Shown in pieces: positions 40,752 to 49,869 of a DNA stretch of 64,000 bases (positions are counted from its first letter, which is position 1; each line of letters opens with the position of its first letter). The stretch comes from a virus (Duplodnaviria; Caudoviricetes). The notes under the pieces are model-generated. The model made no database searches. It worked only from the letters and a program-made list of their open reading frames with translations, and had not been told where the DNA came from. The position numbers were made by a program, and so were the translations under genes. The stretch spans positions 1 through 64,000 of IMG/VR virus record IMGVR_UViG_3300020151_001495, one strand, 5' to 3'.

Positions 40752-43717
40752 TATAGTCTACGTTGTAAGTAACTTGTTGAACTATCAAGATTTGCATATG
40801 AAGTGTACATAGTATAATCAACAGCTGGCAATGGTGATAAAAGATTTACACTATTTGCTACTGTATTAGGTGGAGCTATAATATATGTATCTGACATAAA
40901 GGCAGTAGAAGTTATATTTTGTGCTTGAATCATATCCATACTGCTTCTTTCTAGTTGAGTCCCATTTAGTTTTGGCTTTCCAGTAAGACCTCTATACAAT
41001 TTATTTAAATCTTTTGCAATCTGAGAAAATGAAACTTCTGGTGGTGTCTCCTCTTCTGGAGTTGTTGAAGGAACATCACCGCCAGTAACTGATGGTTGTT
41101 GTCCTGGAGTAGGTGGCTGAGTTCCTGTGGAAGTTATTCCTCCTTTTCTTAGCAATGAAAATAATCCATTCTGTAATGGATCAACTTTTCCATTCAAAGT
41201 TTCTTCTAATCCTTTTACTGCAGTATGTTGCTCTAAATGTAAATGAGGTCCTCCAGAACGACCAGATCCAGGAGCACCTTTTGCTCCACCAGACATTGCA
41301 ATAACTGTATTTTCATTGAACTTACCTCCAGGCTTTACCCAAGATGGAATAGAACTTAAGTGTGCAAGTCTGGCAATTTTTCTATCAACTAATTTAATAT
41401 CAATATAAGATCCATATCCACCATTAGCTTCTCGTTCAGTACTAGAAGTTTTGGAAACTTTTGTAAATTCTCCCTTTGATGCAAATGATAATGGAGTTCC
41501 TACAGGAAACCCAATATCAATACCTTCATGTTTATGTTTTCTAAATGATTCTTTATTTGCAAAGTGACTTGTAATATCTCCTCTAGAAACTGCCCCTCCA
41601 ACTTGATATCTATCTCTAAAGAAGTTTCCTCCATCTGGTCTTCTTCTATCATTTCTGGTAACTCTATATCCCATGAAATATTGAGAACCTCCAACAAATT
41701 TCTTTGCAGATTGTGATAAAGGTCCATTCTTGTCAAAGTCAGCTAATACTTGTGCTGCAACTTTAGGATTGCCAGCCTGAAATCTATTTGTTAATTGTTG
41801 AATTCCATCAGATTTTCCTGCCAAATCAAATAATTCTTTTTTAGTTAGCCCTAATCCTCCATATTTTTTTGCTGCCGCACCATCAGCACTACCACCATAT
41901 ATTGCAGCAGAATAAGGAGAAAATTGTTCTTTTGCAGTAATGACTGCAGGAATTCCTCCGCTCTGTCCAGCAGCTCTATTTAAAATAACTTGATATACAT
42001 CTGCAACATGCTGTGGTGCAGATGCTTCAAGTGTAGCAAGGTGTGCAGCAGCTCTTTTATCTGCAGATGAAGCTTTAATTGCATCTAACTCAGCAGCAGT
42101 TAAAGCTTCATTTGAGCCTCCAGGACCACCTGAACCACCACCTCCACCCCCAGGAGTAGAAGTATCTAAATTCAGTATATTATTAAATATATCTGCTAAT
42201 AATTCTCTTACACTATTTCCAGTATTATATCTAGTTTTTTTGGTAGAAGATTTAGATGAAATTAAAGTTAGTGGTTTATTACTTCCTACAATTTTTTCTA
42301 ATTGTTTATCACTAGGTTGTTTAGTTTTCTTATCAATTGAACTAGAATCTATAGATGTATTTCCTAGATTTGAAGCAAATGTAAATCTAGAAACTCCAAA
42401 TTCTTTTGTAAATGGTGCAAATAATTGTTGAGCAAATGGACGAATTATATTTCCAATAGTTCCCATGGAGAATAGAACTGCATTTACTCCTCCAATTATG
42501 GAAGACCCAAGCATTCCAAGTGGACCAGACAGTATTGCACCTGAATATAATTGACCTAAAGGTATTACTGCTTCGGGACCAGCTTCACCAATAATAGCTT
42601 TGGTTGGCTGAGTTACAATACCTCCTACTGCTAACTGTGGAACATCATCAGACTTCTTAGAAAATAGTCCCTTTACCCAGCCATATAATTTATCGGCTGC
42701 CCAATCTCCAAGCAATCCGCCCAGGGCACCACCAACTATAGTTCCTGGTCCTGGGAAAGCAGATCCTACCAATCCACCCAGTCCCATTCCAAGTGCAGAA
42801 CCTGCAGCTTTTACAATAGCTTTATCTATTGGATCGCCAAGAATTAAATTAATTCCAAGATCAAGTAATGGTCCTACAATTGGTATTCCTTTTACTGTAG
42901 TTTTGGCAACTGCTTTGATTGGACCGAGAACAATATTTCTAACTGCTTTGAATGCAGGACCAAGCAATTTAGAAAGTATTCTAACTCCTCCCTTTCCAAA
43001 TACTTTTAATAGTCCTCTTCCTAATCCTCTAGCTAATCCATGCTTAAAAATTTGAGCAGTCTTTGGCAGTGTTTGTAGGAGTGCCTCTGAACCTTCTTTT
43101 AATCCAGCTTTTCTAAAAGTGTTGAATACTTCTAATATCTTACCACCATTTTTTATAACAAAAGATAAATCTTTAAATATTTTTCCAGGGTTTAATAGAT
43201 ATCTAAATCCAAGTAAACCTACTAATAATCTAAAAAATCCTAAGAATCTTTCTAATAAATTTTCTCCAAATATAACACTATGCAATCCACTAAAAGTATT
43301 ATCTATAGTTCCAGTTACAAACCAACTAACAAAATCAAAAATTCCTTTTAATGCTTTTACTATAGATAAAACTTTTTTTGAATTCTCTGGTTTACTTATC
43401 CATTCAACTGCTTTATATGTAATAAAAAATTGTAAAAATCCAAATAAAGCTGATCCTAATCCAACTCCTTGTTTGTATAAAAATTTACCAGCGGATTTCT
43501 TGGCAGATACTTTAGAAGATTCTTGTCCAGATTCTTTTTCTGCAAATTGAGATTTTTCTGCAGATCGTTTCTCTAGTGCATATAAACGTTTTTCTAACTT
43601 ATATCTAGTTTTCTTTTCTTCATATAATTTTTTACTCAATACATTGATAGCCTTCAGTTCCTTTAGTCTGGAAGGAACAATAAATGTAGATGGTTTAATA
43701 GGAGAAGAAATTGCCAT
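40751..43717 (-). CDS. tape-measure/hub-associated protein with cell-wall hydrolase (SleB-like) and M23 peptidase domains
   Basis: A.GGIV..PT.A.IGEAGPEAVIPL; LEA..VYQVILNR..VITAKEQF; HEGIDIG, AHLS, GPHLHLE. Confidence 0.7.
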   Translation of the reverse strand: MAISSPIKPSTFIVPSRLKELKAINVLSKKLYEEKKTRYKLEKRLYALEKRSAEKSQFAEKESGQESSKVSAKKSAGKFLYKQGVGLGSALFGFLQFFITYKAVEWISKPENSKKVLSIVKALKGIFDFVSWFVTGTIDNTFSGLHSVIFGENLLERFLGFFRLLVGLLGFRYLLNPGKIFKDLSFVIKNGGKILEVFNTFRKAGLKEGSEALLQTLPKTAQIFKHGLARGLGRGLLKVFGKGGVRILSKLLGPAFKAVRNIVLGPIKAVAKTTVKGIPIVGPLLDLGINLILGDPIDKAIVKAAGSALGMGLGGLVGSAFPGPGTIVGGALGGLLGDWAADKLYGWVKGLFSKKSDDVPQLAVGGIVTQPTKAIIGEAGPEAVIPLGQLYSGAILSGPLGMLGSSIIGGVNAVLFSMGTIGNIIRPFAQQLFAPFTKEFGVSRFTFASNLGNTSIDSSSIDKKTKQPSDKQLEKIVGSNKPLTLISSKSSTKKTRYNTGNSVRELLADIFNNILNLDTSTPGGGGGGSGGPGGSNEALTAAELDAIKASSADKRAAAHLATLEASAPQHVADVYQVILNRAAGQSGGIPAVITAKEQFSPYSAAIYGGSADGAAAKKYGGLGLTKKELFDLAGKSDGIQQLTNRFQAGNPKVAAQVLADFDKNGPLSQSAKKFVGGSQYFMGYRVTRNDRRRPDGGNFFRDRYQVGGAVSRGDITSHFANKESFRKHKHEGIDIGFPVGTPLSFASKGEFTKVSKTSSTEREANGGYGSYIDIKLVDRKIARLAHLSSIPSWVKPGGKFNENTVIAMSGGAKGAPGSGRSGGPHLHLEQHTAVKGLEETLNGKVDPLQNGLFSLLRKGGITSTGTQPPTPGQQPSVTGGDVPSTTPEEETPPEVSFSQIAKDLNKLYRGLTGKPKLNGTQLERSSMDMIQAQNITSTAFMSDTYIIAPPNTVANSVNLLSPLPAVDYTMYTSYANLDSSTSYLQRRL

Positions 43718-43718
43718 C

Positions 43719-46700
43719 TTATACAGTTACTGGAAAAAGTGTTAGTGGAACAGGGGCAACAGTATTACCAAGTGTAGGAGCTAATGATTGAGTTGTAGAT
43801 TGATTAACTACGTTAGTTCCTTGACCAAGAGAAACTATATTGCCTCCAGGGGTTGACATAGAAGCTCTCTGAGTTGCCCTATAATTATTTGAATCAGTTT
43901 GTGCTTGTTGTAATCTAGAAGATGATGCTGGAACTGATGGTCTAGTGGCAGCTGGAGGAGGTAGTGGTGTAGCAGATGGTACTGCTTGAGTAGGAGTTCC
44001 TGTTAATCCTTTATACAATTTATTTAAATCTTTTGCAATCTGAGAAAATGAAACTGGTGGTGGTGCTGATTCTCCTGATGGTGTAGTTCCATCATCTCCT
44101 GAAGTTGAACCATCATATGGAATTTGCTTTCCTCCTGGGGTTAGTGCAAAAATATTTTGAGAAGCAGATCCATACACTGCTGCAACACCATCATGTCCAC
44201 CACGTTGCCAATGACCACTCCATAATTTCCTTCCTCCCTGTTTAGCAATTGCAGCATCATGTCCACTAGATTGATTCTTTTTCCAATCTGAAAATTCTGT
44301 AGTAAATATAATGGATCCGCTTGGAATTTTATTCGATTTTACTGCAGTCGCCCATTCAGAAACTGTCATCGCATTTACAGCTGCATTTCCATATGCACTT
44401 TGAAGATTAATTCGTTTACTTCCCAATCCAGAAATAGGTCCCCACCCATAACTCTTCATTAATTGAACTGCAAGCCCTCTAGGATTATTAGGATCATTTC
44501 CAGTTCCTGGTGGATTAGGAACATCATTTGCAGCCATTGTATCAAGAACTCCAGTGACACAATAACCTGGATCTGCATTAGCTAATTTTGTTCCATCCTT
44601 TAATTTATCTAAAACAGATCCACCAGTTTGGAATCTTGGAAACATTCCAAAATTTATTCTATCCAATATTCCAGAGCCACCCATTCCACGAACTGCATTT
44701 CTGTTTAAAACATATTCTTGTGGTTCTAATAGTGCAGGTACTTTATCTCCACCCCCAAATCCTCTAATCTTTCCTCCACGATTAAATTTTGCAGGTCTTC
44801 CATAAACTCCTTCAGTAGGAGCTTCCCAAACATCTGAACCCGATAATCCTTTAGGTCCTTTATTAGCTCTAGATTTTAATATTTTACCCATCTGATAATT
44901 ATACATTCCTTCGGCAGTTTGATCTCCACCAAACAATCCTTGTAGAATTTTAACTTCTCCTGTGCTAGGAATTCTTACTAATGGACCTCCTAAAGTTTTA
45001 GAATCAAATAATCTAGTAGATGTAATATCAGTTAAAGGATCTCCAGGCTTTTCCCATCGGAATACATTTCCTGTAGCATCATACCAATATTTTCTATTTC
45101 CATTAATTACAGGCTTTAATCCACCGCCAGGAGAATATTCTTTTCCTGATCTACCCATATCTCTAACAGTTCCTTTGACTCCCTTCAGGGTTCCGTCTTC
45201 TCGCAATCCGCCCGCTTTTTTTATGGATTCTTTTGCACTGTCTGCTACGGTCGCTGCCCCTGCGCCAGGAGGAGGACTTCCACCTGCAGGAGCGGCAGGG
45301 GTTTCGGGAGAAGATGGCCCAGGAGATGGGGGGGTTGTTGGAGTAGTTGACTCTGAGTTCTTACTAGATAATACTCCTAAAATATTTGCAAGTAAACCTC
45401 TTACTGAAGTATCTCTAGATGGTGTAAATTTATTTCCTTGTTGTTTTGTAACTTTGGGATCCTTGTCTCCAAATAATTTAGATATATTTCCAGCTCCTTC
45501 AGATAATGCTTTTGCAGGATTCTTTACAAACTTAGAAACTCCTTTTACTATAGAAGTTGGTATTCCAAATGTAGATGCAATGCTACCAATTAATGGCATC
45601 ATCAATGGTCCAATACCAGGAATCATTGATAATGAAGATGTCATCAATGCTATAATTCCAGCACCAACTAAGGTGAATGGAATTGTCAATAGCTTCATAA
45701 ATTTTGGAATAATTTTTCCAATATCAGATTCAATACCTTTTCCTGCAAATGATGAAAGTTTATCTAATGGAAGTATTGCTTCAGGTCCAGCCTCTCCAAC
45801 AATAGCTTTAGTTGGCTTTGTTACAATGCCCCCCTTTGCTAATTTTGGAAGTTTTTCATTTTCTTTATCTTTCTCTTTTGCTATATCTCTGGCAACTAGT
45901 GCGGCATCAATTCCAATAGAAGCTGCGGTTCCCCATCCAGGTAATAATGAAGCTGCACCAGATGCAACTTCCATCCCTGCTCCGAGCCAATCTCCTTTGG
46001 ATGCTCTATCTACAGCAAAAACTCCACCAGCAACTGCACCAATAACTGGAAGTTTTTTCAGTAAAGATTTCCCTGCTCCTTTAGCTGCTCCTTTAGCTGC
46101 TGCTTGACCAGCACCCTTTGCAGCCGCACCAGCACCCTTTGCAGCCGCACCAGCACCCTTGGCAGCCGCATCAGCTCCCTTTGCAGCCGCACCAGCACCC
46201 TTTGTTGCTGCGCCAGCTCCTTCTTTTGCTGCCTGCTTACCTGCTTCAGTAGCTCCTTTTATACCTTCATTGATTGCAGTGTCTGCCGCCTGAGTAGCTA
46301 CACTTGGTATTAAATTAGTAAAGAAATTTAATATCCCATTTATAGTATTTGGAATTACCTTAGTAAATATATTTCCAATAAATTTAATATCGGAAATTAT
46401 TTTAGTAGGATTTAATAACCATTTAAGGGTAAAAAATCCAACAATCATTTCAAGAGCACCAAAGACTCTTGTTATTCCACCACCATCTACTAAGTGACTC
46501 AAGCCACTCATCAATTTGTCTATACCAAATCCTACAACATTACTAATAAATCCAAATATACCTAAAAATAATTTGGCAAAGTCTTTAACTTTTTTAGTAT
46601 TTTCTGGCTTACTTACCCATTCAACAATTTTATATCCAATAAACCATTTAAATAAATTACCAAAAAAATCAAAAAGTCCTCCCAGACCTTTCATTGCACC

Positions 46701-47015
46701 TTTGACAATAGGATTTTCTTTTTCTTTTTTATCCTTGTTGCCTTTGGTTTCTTGAGATGTTTCTTTCTTTTTTAATTTTGATTTTTCTTCAGTCCTAGCA
46801 AACCTAAGAATTTTATCCCCAAGAAGATCAGTATATTTTTTTTCAATTGCAAGTAGTGAATTTAAATTCTTCTTAATTGAAGACAACTCTGCTACTTCAA
46901 CAGCAGAAAATGCTCCTGGAGAACTCATTCCAGGAGAAGTAAATGCTGATTGATTAATTTTCTGACCAAGTAATGACTGGCCAAATGATCTCATTGTCGG
47001 TTTAGGTTGTGCCAT
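43719..47015 (-). CDS. tape-measure-like protein with a CHAP/NlpC-like domain
   Basis: Paralogous N-terminus, GEAGPEAILPL, GDKVPALLEP.EYVLN, GYCVTGV...GSIIF...GHDAAI. Confidence 0.65.
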   Translation of the reverse strand: MAQPKPTMRSFGQSLLGQKINQSAFTSPGMSSPGAFSAVEVAELSSIKKNLNSLLAIEKKYTDLLGDKILRFARTEEKSKLKKKETSQETKGNKDKKEKENPIVKGAMKGLGGLFDFFGNLFKWFIGYKIVEWVSKPENTKKVKDFAKLFLGIFGFISNVVGFGIDKLMSGLSHLVDGGGITRVFGALEMIVGFFTLKWLLNPTKIISDIKFIGNIFTKVIPNTINGILNFFTNLIPSVATQAADTAINEGIKGATEAGKQAAKEGAGAATKGAGAAAKGADAAAKGAGAAAKGAGAAAKGAGQAAAKGAAKGAGKSLLKKLPVIGAVAGGVFAVDRASKGDWLGAGMEVASGAASLLPGWGTAASIGIDAALVARDIAKEKDKENEKLPKLAKGGIVTKPTKAIVGEAGPEAILPLDKLSSFAGKGIESDIGKIIPKFMKLLTIPFTLVGAGIIALMTSSLSMIPGIGPLMMPLIGSIASTFGIPTSIVKGVSKFVKNPAKALSEGAGNISKLFGDKDPKVTKQQGNKFTPSRDTSVRGLLANILGVLSSKNSESTTPTTPPSPGPSSPETPAAPAGGSPPPGAGAATVADSAKESIKKAGGLREDGTLKGVKGTVRDMGRSGKEYSPGGGLKPVINGNRKYWYDATGNVFRWEKPGDPLTDITSTRLFDSKTLGGPLVRIPSTGEVKILQGLFGGDQTAEGMYNYQMGKILKSRANKGPKGLSGSDVWEAPTEGVYGRPAKFNRGGKIRGFGGGDKVPALLEPQEYVLNRNAVRGMGGSGILDRINFGMFPRFQTGGSVLDKLKDGTKLANADPGYCVTGVLDTMAANDVPNPPGTGNDPNNPRGLAVQLMKSYGWGPISGLGSKRINLQSAYGNAAVNAMTVSEWATAVKSNKIPSGSIIFTTEFSDWKKNQSSGHDAAIAKQGGRKLWSGHWQRGGHDGVAAVYGSASQNIFALTPGGKQIPYDGSTSGDDGTTPSGESAPPPVSFSQIAKDLNKLYKGLTGTPTQAVPSATPLPPPAATRPSVPASSSRLQQAQTDSNNYRATQRASMSTPGGNIVSLGQGTNVVNQSTTQSLAPTLGNTVAPVPLTLFPVTV
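46108..46221. repeat. 21-bp tandem repeat (~5 units) encoding (AAKGAGA)n
   Basis: ccagcaccctttgcagccgca units. Confidence 0.9.
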
Positions 47016-47018
47016 TTA

Positions 47019-47213
47019 TTATAATGACTGCGTTGTTTTATTTTTATTATTTTCTTCCTCAACATAATCAATTAACATTTGCACATAAACCTCTCTTTCC
47101 CACGGAATCATCATTTCTAACTCACTTAAATTCCACTTATGATGTTGTATCAATATGAAATTTATTCGATAGAAGTTTTCAAGGGTTTCGTGAGCTAGAG
47201 CTAGGCGAAAAAA
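47019..47213 (-). CDS. gp51: gp51-like baseplate hub assembly protein; startless frame probably entered by -1 frameshift from gp26
   Basis: Manual translation FFRLALAHETLENFYRINFILIQHHKWNLSELEMMIPWEREVYVQMLIDYVEEEN...; matches the cyanophage gp51 pattern NF.L.QHHK..L.E.E.MIPWER. Confidence 0.8.
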   Translation of the reverse strand, partial: FFRLALAHETLENFYRINFILIQHHKWNLSELEMMIPWEREVYVQMLIDYVEEENNKNKTTQSL

Positions 47214-47911
47214 CTTGCTAGACCTTCAATAACAACATCACTAGTAACATTTGTATTTGGATTTGTTACCGTTATTGTATGAGACAATTTAGGCATAGAC
47301 TCAAAGAACTGTTGTAGTTTGAGAAACTGTGATGTATCCATACTGTCCATAAAATCAGAAATTTCTTTTTTAGAGAAACTCTTAACTTCATATACTTCTT
47401 CATTATCAATAACTTGATCTATACAGGAAGAAGCAATATCAAAAACATCTTCTGCATTTGCATTAGAAGAAAGATTTGTTTTCACAAAAGTTTCCATGCT
47501 AGGATATTTCATTACAATAGATACAGTATCATTCAGTTGAATTATTCTATTGTGAGAATCAGATTTCTGAACTTTAATGTCCTCAACATTAATTTTAACA
47601 GGAACTGTTGTTTCATCATCATCTGGACAAGTAAGGTTCAGTTCGATTTCTTCTCCAACAGACTTAGCACGAATATTTAAAAACAAATATTCAATATCAA
47701 AGGTAGCTAAATCATCAATTTTTATCTTAGACAAAATGCAATTTTTTAAAATTGTTTTAACTGCATTTGTCATCTGTTTTTCATCTTCAGATTCCATAGC
47801 TAATAGAAGAATTTTTTCTTCCTTTACTAGAAATGGTCTGTATTTAATTGTTTCTTCAGTTGATGGAAGTGCCAACTCATATGTTGGGGCAACTAATTTT
47901 GGTAAAGGCAT
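47201..47911 (-). CDS. gp26: baseplate hub subunit gp26
   Basis: MPLPKL..PTYEL.LPS....KYRPFLVKEEKILL..FDIEYLFL.IRAKSVGE..EGL.SFF. Confidence 0.9.
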   Translation of the reverse strand: MPLPKLVAPTYELALPSTEETIKYRPFLVKEEKILLLAMESEDEKQMTNAVKTILKNCILSKIKIDDLATFDIEYLFLNIRAKSVGEEIELNLTCPDDDETTVPVKINVEDIKVQKSDSHNRIIQLNDTVSIVMKYPSMETFVKTNLSSNANAEDVFDIASSCIDQVIDNEEVYEVKSFSKKEISDFMDSMDTSQFLKLQQFFESMPKLSHTITVTNPNTNVTSDVVIEGLASFFA

Positions 47912-47954
47912 AGTATAAAACTATAACATAATTTGAAATTATTTAGGCACAAAG

Positions 47955-48773
47955 TTAAACAATTGTTTGAATTTGTCCTCTAACACTTCCGTTGTTGTGT
48001 GCGCTTGTTATAGCAGTTTCGTATTCAAATGTAACCTGTACTTTAACTAAATCCGATGCCCCACTTGATAATGGAATTGATGAAATGTTTGTAGGAAATG
48101 CATTCATCAAACGAACAGAATATAGTGGAACTGCTTCCGCAAATCCACTTGGAGTTTCTATTTGAGATTCTGGTTTAGGATAATCTGGAATAATTTCATT
48201 AGCTGGAATGAATTTTTTTCTTGACATATTAGTAACATCAAACATTCCAGTTTTTTCATATTTAACTATTATGATATCACTTACATACTCATCTCTATAT
48301 CTAGTTCTTCCTAAAAATTGTTTAGTGTTTATATTTAAACTTCCTACAGTTGGATCTATTCTAGCAGGAATATTATGTGCATATATGTAACTCTGCCATG
48401 CGTCAAAAGTTTTTCTAATATCTGCGTTAGCATCTCCAATAAAAGAAAAATTTATTTCATTATTTACAATGCCATATGCATATTTTAACTGAGGAGTATT
48501 GGTTATTCTATACTCACCTGTGGAAATTTGGAATCCTGGAATTGAACACTCTTCTGCATAGAATCTCATCAGATCCCTTATATTTGATGAGTCGGCAGTA
48601 TTTAATTTAGTTCCGCCAGGAATTCGTTTAAAAATATTATTTAAGTTCCGTTGAGAATTAGTTAACTCAAAATTAACATCATAAAAATTAGTAATACTAT
48701 ATCCAAACTTAGAAACATAACTTTTAAATTGCTTAAAAGTTCCTATCTTAGTATCAAAAGCTGGTGTACTCAT
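47955..48773 (-). CDS. tail tube initiator / gp54-gp19-like protein
   Basis: Tube-fold motifs (SIPG, FDAWQ, L.NAFPT.I..I.LS, VTF.YE); synteny. Confidence 0.6.
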   Translation of the reverse strand: MSTPAFDTKIGTFKQFKSYVSKFGYSITNFYDVNFELTNSQRNLNNIFKRIPGGTKLNTADSSNIRDLMRFYAEECSIPGFQISTGEYRITNTPQLKYAYGIVNNEINFSFIGDANADIRKTFDAWQSYIYAHNIPARIDPTVGSLNINTKQFLGRTRYRDEYVSDIIIVKYEKTGMFDVTNMSRKKFIPANEIIPDYPKPESQIETPSGFAEAVPLYSVRLMNAFPTNISSIPLSSGASDLVKVQVTFEYETAITSAHNNGSVRGQIQTIV

Positions 48774-49396
48774 TGATTACTGTCTCCCCAAACAAAAGAT
48801 TTACTTACTCGTTGATACAATCCTCTTCTTCTTGTAACAAAACTCTCATTTGGTATGAAGATTGCTGTTTTCCAGTCATCTGTATTTATTTCGAATAATG
48901 GTGTGTCAAGACCTTCATAAACATAATTATGAAAGCACTGTTTAGGAATAGTGGGTGTTCCATTTAAAATACTTTCTATTACTTGAACTCGTTTTAAATA
49001 CGGAAGATAATGTAAATTAGCTCCAAAGAATTTACGTCCTCCCTGAAGCATGTATACTAAAGGAAACTCATCATAGTATTTTAACTTTTTTGCCCATGTA
49101 GCATTATATTCGAAGAAATATAATTTTCCTCCAGAAGGCATTAATGTATCACTACAAGTAGAAAGAGTTTTATAAATGTCACTTGTTTTAGATACCATTC
49201 TTACAGTATCTCTATACCAGCTGTAACTTCTTTCCCTTCCTCTAGCTAATTGGTTGACTTCTTTAAATATATTTCCTTTTATATTTGTTAAAGAAGGTGC
49301 TGTATATGATTCAAACCCAAGTCCAGATGTTATATTATCTCCTCCTCTTATATTAGAAGGAGATCTGGGAACCATATTTCTAAAAGAAGATGTCAT
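48770..49396 (-). CDS. gp2: DNA end protector protein gp2
   Basis: YFFEY.A....L.YYD.FPLV, F.G.NLHYL, W..A...P.E.F. Confidence 0.8.
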   Translation of the reverse strand: MTSSFRNMVPRSPSNIRGGDNITSGLGFESYTAPSLTNIKGNIFKEVNQLARGRERSYSWYRDTVRMVSKTSDIYKTLSTCSDTLMPSGGKLYFFEYNATWAKKLKYYDEFPLVYMLQGGRKFFGANLHYLPYLKRVQVIESILNGTPTIPKQCFHNYVYEGLDTPLFEINTDDWKTAIFIPNESFVTRRRGLYQRVSKSFVWGDSNQ

Positions 49397-49830
49397 ACGT
49401 TTAGATTATCCTCGGTTAATACCATGAATTGCCAATCTCTATCTAAACAAAAATTTTTAGCAGCTGACCACTTAGCTTGATTTTTCACATATTCAGTAAC
49501 TTCATATACATAACTTTTTGTCTTTCTCTTGGGAATTTTTGGTTCCACTGTCTGCTTCTTTGGTTTAATCTCTATCAGATACTTCTTAATAGTATTGTTA
49601 GAATCTTTAACCTTCACATAAAAGTCAACAAAATATCTATGCACTCTATTATCAAGTGGAGATCTATAAGGTATAACAATTTCTTCACTTCCCCACTCTA
49701 AAATATTAGATCTTTCATCACAATATTTCATGAATTTAAGTTCCCAAGATGATCTATAAATTATATTTTTATAATCACCTTTGTACTTATGAATATTCTT
49801 AGGGAAGAATCTTCCTTTTAAAGTACTCAT
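49393..49830 (-). CDS. gp4: head completion nuclease gp4
   Basis: KY.GD...I.YRSSWE..FM..CD, W.SEE..IPY, HRYFVDF, EIKP, NQAKW.AA. Confidence 0.92.
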   Translation of the reverse strand: MSTLKGRFFPKNIHKYKGDYKNIIYRSSWELKFMKYCDERSNILEWGSEEIVIPYRSPLDNRVHRYFVDFYVKVKDSNNTIKKYLIEIKPKKQTVEPKIPKRKTKSYVYEVTEYVKNQAKWSAAKNFCLDRDWQFMVLTEDNLNV

Positions 49831-49869
49831 AAATAGTTTATAAATGTCAAACTATACCTACTATTTATG
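49828..49869. promoter_or_regulatory. face-to-face pair of late promoters for gp48 (+) and gp4 (-)
   Basis: CATAAATA on + at 49828-49835 and on - at 49862-49869. Confidence 0.65.

Noticed and set aside
44962-46107. 381-aa + strand ORF
   Set aside because: Antisense shadow of a Gly/Ala/Pro-rich gene; no RBS or motif.
46108-46221. CRISPR-like array
   Set aside because: Tandem units without spacers, in frame within a CDS; the 53756-54427 nuclease is the core phage exonuclease, not part of a cas locus.
47019-47213. gp51 as a pseudogene or sequencing error
   Set aside because: The frame is intact and gp26 ends at its typical SFF terminus, so programmed frameshifting or an internal start fits better.
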